DNA from: Amoeboaphelidium protococcarum X5
Taxonomy: Eukaryota; Fungi; Aphelidiomycota
Assembly: GCA_023515725.1 (NCBI GenBank)
Contig: JALDTO010000162.1
Location: forward strand, 162,476-226,475
Length of the DNA stretch: 64,000 nucleotides
Direction: 5' to 3'
A model generated the notes under the pieces. That model worked only from the letters and a program-made list of their open reading frames with translations, was not told where the DNA came from and did not search any database. Positions 1 through 11,107 of this stretch are shown here, piece by piece; within the stretch, counting starts at the first letter, position 1; every line of letters starts with the position of its first letter. A program made the position numbers and the translations under genes.

Positions 1-1949
1 CCAGGTGTGCAGTACAACCAACAACAATGCCGTGGGATAAGAGTAGATGAGCACAGAGCACCTTTCAGCGGCCCAACAGTAACAGGACGAACCTCTGTTG
101 GGACCTACTCGATACAGAGGCAGGAGAGACAGATACTATGATAGAGGCCAGCAAATAAGTACGATTACCGCAGCAACACCAACGTAATGCCACAGGTAAT
201 CAAAGGTATTCAGCTGACCATAAACGTCAATAACCGTCAAAACTTCAACTAATCCGATCTGATATCCATGACCAACAGCCAAAAACCAATGATAAGCGAA
301 CCAACAGACAACATCATAAACAACAAAGCCAGTTGCAGAATGTGTAGAACCATCAGCACCAGTCAGTTATAAAGACTTTCCTCCAGGACATAAAGGTAGA
401 CGAAACTAGGTGCGAGATAACAGGAGCGATGGACACAACTACAGTAGCAACTGACGAAGGAGAGAGACTCGCTGGACGGCCATGGATATCAGATTAGATC
501 TAGCAAAAGGTATCAGAGACCATGAGGACACCAGCCCATCTACCAGACGGGCATTATTAGCAACCTTTACTTTTATATCTTTTCTCCCTCCCTTTCCCTC
601 TTAATTTTTAGCTTTTTTTTATCATTTATTTTTTACCTCCCACCTCCTATTATAATAAACATGCAAGGTCACACCGCTCCCTCCTACCATCCCGGGTGTG
701 CCTGCGTAATATGCTTCTTTTTTCAGCTGGGCACTACATAAGGCTAAGATTAAAGGTATGATTCATACGCCAGACGCAGCACCATAAAAGAGGCCTACCT
801 TCACTTTCCTACACAGATCACAAGAGATATAAAGAAAAGCTTACCTTTAGCGTGCCATGGAGTAGCTCATATGAGTCAGAATAGTCAACATGGAACAGAG
901 CATAGAGGAGAAGGAATACCAAAGGAGGAATAGGATAGATATACAGCATGAGGAGCTTCTGGAGGATAACATTGATTCAGCAGCATTCAAAGACTTGATA
1001 CGCAGAACCAACGGACACCATACAGCATATATGTAGCGAAGAAGCACAGCAGTAACTTGCACATGATAGAAGACAGAGAGTTGCAACTAAGACCAATACC
1101 ATGATGAGTGAAGTATACCATACCAGTAGACTAGGTAGTGGACAATGCCAGATGCAACAAAGCCACAAAACGAGACTGTTTCAGACGACGAGATAGGACA
1201 AGCGAATGATTCTAGAGGAAGAAGCTTACCAAACTTGGACCAGAATAGCAGCATACTGTGTGAGCACCGCATAGAGCATAGGGGATATTGAGCATATATA
1301 ATTTAGAAGTATGTTGCGACAATTGATATTGTTTAGTTGGGAAGAGATATGAATTATCAAACATCGGCTAGTCGTTCGCGTTTCAGATATGAAAGCCACT
1401 GGATTTTTAGCGACGGATTTCGCGGCGTTTCAGCGCCCCGCGATCGTAAATGACAAACAATAATATAATAGGTGTAAAGCTCAGTATCATAGTCAAATGA
1501 GCCTGTATATATCTCAGAGGAAGTATATACCTTTAATAACTAACAATCAAGAATCTGTGAAAAAATCATGAAATTCGGTTGAATATTGATAGAGTTAGAC
1601 AGCAGCAGCGCGCCTGCATAGAGAACAATGAGAAACTCTCCTTTCCCCAAACTGAAACGGCCATGAAACTGATAGAAATTATTGAAATACTATTTGCAGT
1701 AAAACTATCATAATTCAATAGTTTTCAATTAATAAATATAGTGCTTTGCACCACTTTTCTTTATATCTTCATTCTATGCACCAGATACTACAGGGAGGAG
1801 AAAAGCGCATAAAACTTAGGAAACTGTACTTTTTAGAATCATGCTACAAGTTCTGTCTTTACAGTATTGACTTCCCTACCAGATTTTCTTCCGTTGGAGA
1901 ATTATCGGTTTCGCCTATTTTTCAAGAAATTGCTCTTAACCATTGCATA

Positions 1950-3574
1950 ATGTCTTAGAGTTACGTTAAGATTTGGTACCTTGTCGTGGACAAGAATGGA
2001 GTTTCTATAGATAAAAATGGCGCTCTTTTTGGTCTTAGAGTACCACTCGACACGGAGGATTTGGCCGATTTGCTCAACTTAATTACTGCCGATATTGGAT
2101 ATAAAGTTTAATAGGATGTCCCTTTAATTTCAGTGTACTTGTTTGAAGATATCACCGAGTTTGAGAAGCGAAACCCGCTCAATCTTGGACTTAGATTATC
2201 CTAGCTGGTAGATTTAGTAGGTTCATACGATAATCCACTGCTAGTTTGTTGGTCTAAATATGAGTCTTAAGTTGCCGCAAGTGACTTGGTAAAAGTTGTG
2301 GATTCCATCTCTGCACCATCCTCTTTTAGCAAGTATAAGGGAAAGGGATCGTGGGTTGATGTATTTACGAACAAGAAGCCCAATATAATATGCCATAGAT
2401 AGCAAAGTGAATCCTCTACTCCGCCAGTCTCTCTTTTATGCAAACAGTTTGCTGACTTTGTGGTGGATATAGATAACATTGCCGTTGATGGGAAAGATTG
2501 CATGTTTGTCTACTAACTTTGTTATTATATGGGTGGCTCTTTCATTGATTAACAGGCGCGTCAAGAGAAATTCAGTTCGCTCTTTATGAATACACCGGGT
2601 ATGCTCTATATCGTACGTATGTGGAGAAATCGCTATCAGTTGGGTCTTTGATATGGAAGGAAGGAACATTGTATTGCAGTCTGGCGGTCGCAGTTGAGAA
2701 GGGGCAAGGTGGCGGGGATCTGTATATGCAAGGCTTGGCGTTTTATATCAAAATTCTATCAGATATCGTGTAAAATAGGCAATCTCAAGTTAAGTAGTAT
2801 CCGTGTCTTCATATTGAGTTATGTGGAACTTTGTTATCTGTTAACGGAATTGGCAACACAGATACCAAAGTGATATGTGATTCTTTAGGCCCCTCTTATC
2901 AACTATTGTGCAATCCTGAAGAGCATACCGTGATAAAGATTGCTAGAATGTTTGCAGCCATTAAAAAGTACTTATAAAATGCTAATCAACAGTATCAGCA
3001 AGCATTTTTAGCTACATAGTTTCCCTATCCAAAGCAAGCTGTTAATGGTAATAAAGTGCTATTTGAGTTTGAGTACAAGTTAGAAATGGATCCCATGATG
3101 TATGAGGCACAAATAAAAAGTACGGACACGATGGTCATTGTAAAGTTTTGCACCAAGTATAACGAAGAAGTCCATCGCCTTTGTCACTAGCATGGATTTG
3201 CACCAAATCTGTATTCGGTCAGTAGAGTGGGGCATTATTTTATGGTGGTTATGGAAAAGTTGGATATGCGCCGTATTCGAATTGATGATAGAAAGAATCC
3301 GTCTCTAATTACTCAGGCTAAACACATTATCTCAACACTGCAGTAGAAAGGTTATGTTCATGGTGATATGAGAGAGACCAACGTGTTGATTCGCACAGAC
3401 ACTGAGCAGCTCGTGCTGATTGACTATGACTGGGCAGGAGTTCATGGAGTGTCTGTATACGCGCCATTTTTGAATATGGACGAGATCGCGTGGCCTCCAG
3501 GTGTTGAACCGGGAAAGCCAATGCTGATGGAACATGATGAGTGTCTAATGCGACGCCTCTTCAATATTGGTTGA
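1950..3574 (+). pseudogene. Crinkler (CRN)-type effector: N-terminal header + degenerate PD-(D/E)xK REase + atypical kinase; one frameshift at ~2585
   Basis: ATG 1950 gives MSQSYVKIWYLVVDKNG...GSYDNPLLVCW (CRN-like header). The frame changes at ctctttatgaa (one T short of ...SLFYEYTG...). It then reads AVEKGQGGGDLYMQGLAFY (REase-like), VIVKF...HGFAPNLY, HGDMRETNV, LIDYDWAG, WPPGVEPG...EHD, and ends at TGA 3572-3574. Confidence 0.75.
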
Positions 3575-3787
3575 GCACAAAATTCGGATATGTTTGACAG
3601 ATAGTAATAGTTTTTCCTTTCACTTGCAATCTTTTCATTCATAAATAAGCTATTATTGGCACGCGCATTACTTTTTATTAGTTGCTAAGTAATAAAAGAA
3701 TCTAATGCCCAAAATTTCCTACCATGACACATCAAATGATCCAGAATTTCCTCAACACTCTAAAACCCGATCAAGCAAAAAGCTAAA

Positions 3788-3859
3788 TGCCCAGTCCCAG
3801 AATCGAACTGAGATTTCTTCGGCCACAACGAAGTGTACTAACCGTTATACTAACTGGGC
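3788..3859 (-). tRNA. tRNA-His (anticodon GTG), intronless, G-1 not encoded
   Basis: Reverse complement GCCCAGT TA GTATAACGGTTAGTAC A CTTCG TTGTGGC CGAAG AAAT CTCAG TTCGATT CTGGG ACTGGGC A folds as a cloverleaf. A T5 Pol III terminator lies just downstream. Confidence 0.95.
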
Positions 3860-4092
3860 TTTTGCTGTATTTCATGAAAATTCACTGACGTGGCAGTATA
3901 TATTCGTTAAATACCCGAATGACAAATGCCTTAATGTGCGATGTGGAGATGCTTTGAGCTAGTCAAGAATCAGACTATGGAGATCAAGATAATCAGGTAG
4001 ATAATTGAATATATATTTATTTAATCGTAATATATCAATTATATCCACCTCAATTAAATCCGTAATAAAGTTCCACAAGACAGCAATAGAAA

Positions 4093-6008
4093 TCAACGAA
4101 TAACGCGTTGACGCTTGGCATGGCGAAGGCCCAATGTCTTTGCAACGTCCTTACTCAAATTAGAGCAAACGTCCTGAATATACTCGGCACTGCATGACTT
4201 CTACAATTTAATGACGGCCATCTGTGTAGCCTCTTCGTAATCCTCAGCAAATTTTCAATAACATTAGCAGTTCTCTATGCAGAATCTGCATCAGTACGCT
4301 CGGCATAACGTTCCAGCAAGTCCAGCATAATCAAACAAGCCTCATCACTCTCATCATATTGGCGAACCAGCTAAGCACAAAACTCACTGGCAAGAATGCA
4401 ATCAGAGTACTTGAAAATGTCTTTAGAACTCTCAACAAAATCGACAAACATGTCGCAACTGCAAGCTTCGCTTAGGATTGAATGTAGAGTTTTATGCAAA
4501 TTTGACGAGCAATGATCTTCTTCTTCATCACTGGCGGAATCATGTAGTTTAGAATACTTTGCCAAAGCCAACTTGACAAGCTCCAAATTCTTTCCACTGA
4601 GAACATTTTTAAATAATGCCCACACACTTCTAAACAGATTATCCTTCGGTTCAGCAAAAGTTAAACAAGTATACTCAAATAAGCCGGTTACATCCAGCAA
4701 TGCACTTTGTATGTCCTTGAAATATTAAGGATTAAAAGCAACAATTGGTCTAAAATTGGTATAAGAGTTGCGTGTATCATCTAGTACTTAACGAGGCAAC
4801 TTCATGGCAAGAGCCACAGTCAGCAATTCTGCCTACTTCAGTTCTCCTTTGTTCACCTTATCTGCAATTAACTTTACGTACCAGTTGTCACATTAATACA
4901 AGTCAAATTAGCGATAATATCGAGCACTGAATACCTAAACTAACTCAATTAAAGCAAATACAGTACTTAAAGACGTGACCGCGATATCCTATGGGAGAAT
5001 TAGAGACAACTGGTACTGATACTTCAACAGCACCTCCCCACAACCAATATTAACCGCGTACTTCTTACTTTCAGCCTAGATGTCTTCAAAAGTATTATCT
5101 GACAAGTTGACAGATTACTACTATTCACATTTAGATAACATCTTCTGAAAAAACTCTTTCAACAAAACAAGCATATCCAACTAGGTGTGCAATTGTTCCC
5201 GCTTTAAGATACAAAGACACGCGCTAAGTACACGATAAGTAGGTTCCTCTTCCAAAAAGTAATGCATCACATCCTTCTCAATGTCAGTACAGAAAGGATC
5301 CGGCAGCATCTTCAAGAAATAGCTCAGAAAATTGAATGGCAGTACTTTCTCCTAAATGCTGTTAAAATTATAATTAGACAAAAGTTCCATTAAACAACGC
5401 AGACCATATTTCTTCAGTGCATCATGAGCATATCCATACTATAGCACTTTGATCTTTGGGTTGCAGCAATCACGATCGCTCAAGTACGTCTATAACAACA
5501 CGGTGGCAAAGTCCTTAGATGGGGCGCTAAGAAACTCCGTGTTAGGCAGGTACGGCGCGCTCCACTAGTAATACTTCCTAGCTCACTACCACAAACTCCC
5601 CCGATAATTATCTGGATCTATTTCGCCATATCCAGCTTGATACTCTATATCAAAATAGCCCAACAATTCTCTGCGCCATACTTGATTCAGCATTCCCGGG
5701 TCATTGTCAACGCGGACGAGGCCTTTCAGATAGCGTCTCAGAGTCTGGTTCTTCAGAATAGACTTGTGCAGGAAGTACTGGACAGCTTCCACTGTATTCA
5801 GCTACAGATAATTGTGCTCTCTGATACGGAATGCTGTCAATACAGGACCATAATACGCGTGATAGGCATCCTTGACAACGCGTTCCTGATCGAGCAACAC
5901 GCCCTGGACGCGTTAGCTTGTCAGCGACAGCTCCAACAGGTCCACTGGTCTCAAGTACTGGCCCAGCGATGATTTCGGTACAGCATTTAATAAGTGTGTG
6001 ATATTCAT
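4093..6008 (-). pseudogene. F-box-like protein (~640 aa) with an in-frame TGA and a probable late frameshift
   Basis: Starts MNITHLLNAVPKSSLGQYLRPVDLLELSLTSQR (F-box-like). In-frame TGA at 5583-5585, then the frame stays open for ~470 codons. Near 4249 a T-run shift restores ENFAEDYEEA...AKRQRVIR* (stop 4093-4095); the unshifted frame stops at 4155. Confidence 0.55.
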
Positions 6009-6208
6009 TTCTAATGTGTCAAATTAATCGTTCGTAATAATCCCAAGTTTATAATGCGTATTTCGTGTTACGTTAATGTGAACTGACAGTTCTAGAATTT
6101 GAATTTTTGATGTGGCTTTGATGAATGTGAATTCGCTTATACCAAGTAAAAGAGTCAACTAAAGAATAAGCTGGTATTTGAATTGAATGGATGATAACAA
6201 TTGGATAA

Positions 6209-8359
6209 TCATTTAATATTGATGCTCTTAATCAGAGAACCACCTAAGCGTTCGATTGAAGCAACCACGGACGCAATGTCCAGCTTCACCAATCCCGAAT
6301 CCTCATCCAACTCAACTGTGTAATCAATGCTCTCCTACCATTGGTGCCATTGTAATACATTCTTTTTCAAGACTATTCCAATGAAAGAGGAGGATATCAA
6401 ATCAACTCTAAACTGATCAATACAAGTTGCAGGCGGTATTACATTAAAGATGGATTCAATAAGCATTGTTACGGGATCGTATCCAATCTTCATCTGATTC
6501 TTCATTGGTAGCTGCATATTCTTGAAATAATCTTCAGCTTTCAATCCTTTTACCGCACTGGACATCTAACGAGCCACAGCTCCAGTTTAGTGACAATCCA
6601 ACCGAATGGCAATATCATAATCACAGGTCTACGGCATGAATGTTGACATAAGAGCCTTGGTGTCATACTACTACTATATATATAAGCGGTCGACATGAGC
6701 AATCGCAGACTTGGCCAGGACGCGTAAACGTTGTGCCGTATCTGCATCACAGCTACGCTATGTGAGATATGACTACTGTAACATGATTAAGGCTTACGAG
6801 AAATCAACTAGTTCATTAGAATCTTCAATAGCATTTAAAACAGAAACATAAATGCCACATTTCTTTTATCCATCACGTCTAACTTCATTAAAGTGCTTCT
6901 AAACAGCAGCCATCTGGTCATTGGAATCTTTGCCAAAGTTTATAAACACAGGATACTCTGCAAAATTGTACTCGGCAAACAGCTATAGCACCTGAAGGAA
7001 TGCAGCAAATAGATTCTGTTTAGGACGCGCAGATGATCGGAATACATACACGCACAAGAGTTCCACAACTTCCTCTCTGACACCAGACGCGTACTTCCAT
7101 GTCTTCATATCAGTTAACAATAGATGACAGGATAGCCAACGCTTTACCAAACGAATACAATCCGAAAGTACGGGATACTTATGAACAGCAGCAGTCATAA
7201 CCTGATGATGAATCGGCAAAACCTCATACAACTCTATATTCTTTAAATATTCAGATTTGGCAATTTATTACTCAGACTGTGATAAATCTGGATTGAATTG
7301 CTACCTCAGACGCATCAATTTCTCCTGCTTTACATACAAATAGATGGCAAATACGTGAGTAGATTCAGATATGACAACGAGCTTCTCGCTGATATCACCT
7401 TCTATACTGGTAGAACGCTAACACTTGACAAACCACGATTTCAACTTTAATTCAATCAACTACTTATGAATCGATAGCAAGTACAGCTATTTCATATTCT
7501 GCAGTGCCACTAAGTCTTGAGGCCACTTTGAAGAACTTTCAAGCTCAATAATCAAGTCCATAATAGGGACAGCTGGCTTTTCAAAATTAGTCTTGACATG
7601 ATTCCACTCGTCGTAGCTCACACCGTGTGGCACAAAGACGGAGCATTGTCTACTGAATGGACTTACCACTTTAATATCATTCATATACAGAGGTAGATCA
7701 GGCAGCGATTTTAGTACTTTAGAGAATTCAATACCAGCAGCTACAGCTTTATCAAAAGTAGCGTCTATAATTTCACTAAAGAGCGGATGAACGCGCTAAA
7801 GTTATCGCGGAGCATTGATCAATGTCTGCAACTTATTATCAAAAGTGAGTGCCTAACAGGTACGAGATACGTGTTATCCAAGAACTGTTTATATGATATG
7901 ATGTACGATATCATCCCCAGCATTAGTAACTGTATCCAAGTCCCATACCACACTATACCAAATACTGCCACTCTTAAATTTTCTCAGTTCCGCCAGTGGA
8001 CCCCACAGATTCTTAAATTGCTTCACAGCCTTAACATCCTCCGGCATAGGTCCATAATCTACAGTGCGCTTACTTTAAGCATATTGACGCGTAAATCCAA
8101 TGTTAAGAACGCGAATATCTTTGTTATCAGTATGTTTAATGCTTTACTACCACCAGCACACTAAGAATTCAACGCGATCTCCCAGCGCAAGTCTGAGCAG
8201 ATGCTCGATGCTACTGATTAGAGGATCATTGCAGTCTACAGAGACAGACTTCAATATCTCCTAAAAGAATGCGGATTACCCTTCATGAACATTATCGATG
8301 GGTACCACTAGATGATCGTCAAACTTGTCATATACGCGCACTATAGAATTCATAGTCAT
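6209..8359 (-). CDS. UTP22: Utp22/NOL6 (Nrap) C-terminal part, 716 aa
   Basis: Own ATG at 8359 (MTMNSIVRVYDKFDDH), then LALGDRV, FKNLWGPLAELRKFKSGSI, ELESSSKWPQDL, IRLVKRWLSCHLL, EEVVELL; stop TGA 6209-6211. Different frame from the N-terminal part. Confidence 0.85.
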
Positions 8360-8537
8360 TATCTCTCAGTTAAACTATGCTGCTCTTTTGATATATAAAT
8401 ATTTAAAGAAATTTGAACTAATAATAATGATGATAAAATTTGATGAATTTTCAAAACGCGATCTCTACACTATGAGCGATTTACTGAAAAACTATCCGTC
8501 CAATGGTATTAATCTATTATATATTCAAATTTAATAA

Positions 8538-9761
8538 TCATAGTTGGAACATTTTAGCGCACCAAGATTTATCAGTGGCTCTAGCGAGAAAGTTGGAATT
8601 CGAATCTTCATCAAGAGCCAAAGTGTGAACAGCATCTTTACACACTGATTGAATCAACTTCCACTGATCATTCGATACGCCCTGTAAGACGTTCCAACCT
8701 CCTTCATAAACAGTCAAATTTAATAGCGTTTAATATGCAGATCCCACCAAGCCTTTAGATGCAATGAAATGTAAGAATCCCTTGAATAGATTATAGGCAG
8801 ACACGCTTTTGTAATCAGACGAAGACTAAGAGGATTTGAGCATTATATAATGGGAAAACAAAAGTGTCACAACTTGACTTTACAATCCACCATGACATAT
8901 AACGCGTCCCTTAGCAGTAAATTAAGCTTTAAAATATAACTTTGCCATAAATAGTGCTTCTTCACCATATTAAAACAGCTACAATGCAGCATGGGTGAAT
9001 ATATAGTCGCGCAAAACACACATATCACGAAGCACGTCACAGTTGTAGTATGGAGTAGGTGCTGATGCAGTATCATCTTACTGAGGATCTCTAACGCAAC
9101 ATTTACCATCTATCGACAATTTACCAGCATCAAATACAGTATCTTTTACAAATGGAATAATTTTGATAGGTAGGAACTAAGGCTTTTTACCATTATCTTG
9201 ACTTGCAGGTGATATCAAAAGACACGATCTCCGACCGCTAGAGCTATCAGTGTTATGATATTCTACGCGACACTGAGCACCGTCAAGTCCATTTACCAAA
9301 GCTCTCTTCACAACAGCCAGATATAAGGCTCGCTTTTAAAAGTATTTATAATTCAGATAATCCTTCTTTTAAAAGAGCGAAGCCGGCATTTCTATAGCCA
9401 TATCTATAGAAGGATCACTACTAATCCCCTCGTTGATCATTGACTGATTAAACATAAATGATCCAACAACATGCACAGATGCTGGCTTTTAGAATCCAAA
9501 TTTAATCTGAATATCGCGCTGATATTAATCTTGAGGCCATGGAATATTAAAATAGTCATCGCAAGCCTAAGCGAATGACAAATCTTCTGTAATTGCTTGC
9601 ATACCATCTAATATCTCTTTGACGCGCCACAACATATCTGATGAAGCATCAATAACACTCTTTTCTACCTGATACTATGCAGCAATTCCCTTGAAATTCT
9701 TTTAAAACCATGGCGAACCACTAACACTCCAACCTTACTGAATACTCTCAATTTGAGTCAT
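8538..9761 (-). CDS. UTP22: Utp22/NOL6 (Nrap) N-terminal part, 407 aa
   Basis: VHVVGSF, IDMAIEMPASLFQKKDYLNYKYFQKRALYLA, PTPYYNCDVLRD. Traced codon by codon to TGA 8538-8540. Confidence 0.85.
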
Positions 9762-9919
9762 TTTTCACTCTATCTGGCTCTCGCTAATCGAAAAGACTTC
9801 AAGGACAGAAGAGACTTTAAATGTAGCGTGAAAGTTCAAAGTGGTATTAAACGGAATTCAATAACAAATCAAATCAATTAAACATTTTAAAAATAGTTAA
9901 TTTTGTTATAGCGACGCTA

Positions 9920-10714
9920 TCACTCATACTCGGGAGGTGGCCAAACACTGGCTTTCGGTGTAGGATTCTCAGCCTAATTTGTGCTTTAGTTGGGAGCTTC
10001 AGATATGTCATTTTCCATTTCCGGAGGTGGCCATACAGATGATGGCTTATCAACAGCCGAACCTGCGCTAGATGGAGACTTGGGCTTTGATGATCCAGTC
10101 ACAACTGCGGAAGTCTACTACGATGTCAAATACTTGCCACCTGATGTAGTAGTATTGCTATTCGCATTAGATGTGCTACTTGTATTTTGAGTACGCTAAG
10201 CCGCTGCCGCAGATTATCTCGATGTTGGTAGACAACATACACCACACTGCAGTAGAAGCGCTGATAGGTAGAATGGAACTGAAATTAAACCAAAAGCAAG
10301 AGCACTATTCAACATTGGACAATACTGAGAGGAGGTTGAGAAGGCTTGCGTTGGATCTCTACATCCAACCTGTTGCTAAATATTAAGAATTGCAAAGAGC
10401 GGCACTAGAACACCAGCAATAACATCAAATATAAATGTGGACATTGCCGAGTCACAGCCATTCTCCAGCGAGACCGACTTCTCCAAATCCCGCCTGATAT
10501 CACTCTCTATTATCCGCTTCATGAAGAAGAAGATACTCATTATGGCAGCGAGAAGGCAAATGACCAAGTAAATGTACAGCAGTGGCTGGTTCTGCCCAAA
10601 TTTAACTAGGAGCGCTATCAAAACACCAGCGGGTATAGCATCACACGCAATAATACTCAGACGGACCCATCTCTAATCAGCTAACCAGTATCCAATCCAA
10701 TTACAAACCGACAT
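9920..10714 (-). CDS. Four-TM (MARVEL-like) membrane protein with Ser/Thr-rich tail, 264 aa
   Basis: Four hydrophobic segments, a Cys pair before TM4 (GCRDP...YCPMLNSALAFG), and a tail with two SVWPPPE motifs ending WPPPEYE*. Confidence 0.6.
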
Positions 10715-11107
10715 TCTTAATCGCCTTACTAACAGAGATATCTGTATAATTTAAGATCAGAGAAATATTAGAAAATACAAGGCCAGATGAAGAATATCAA
10801 AGAATAAGACTAGGAATAGCAGTGAGCGTCGCTACGATAAGAGATATAGACTGACTGACGATGATCACTAGGCAATCATCAAAGTGGAACAACTTTAAAC
10901 TTGGCAAAGAAAATCGGCGCAAGGCTTTTAGATGAAACGGGGGATCGACGGAGAAAATCCATTTTGGTACAAAGCGAGAGAAACGATAACAAAACTAGCA
11001 CTGATGAATCAATCCATCAAACTACGCACTCAAGTAAGACGTGTATGGTGTGATACCAACTGTGAACCACATTTACATGCGAATTCTATCGTGGTACTTA
11101 TAAAATA

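Noticed and set aside
8336-8562. UTP22 spacer as a transposon insertion with a GTGCGC target-site duplication, or a simple TG|GTGCGC..CTATAG intron
   Set aside because: Neither precise excision nor that splice restores the reading frame, and no terminal inverted repeats are visible.
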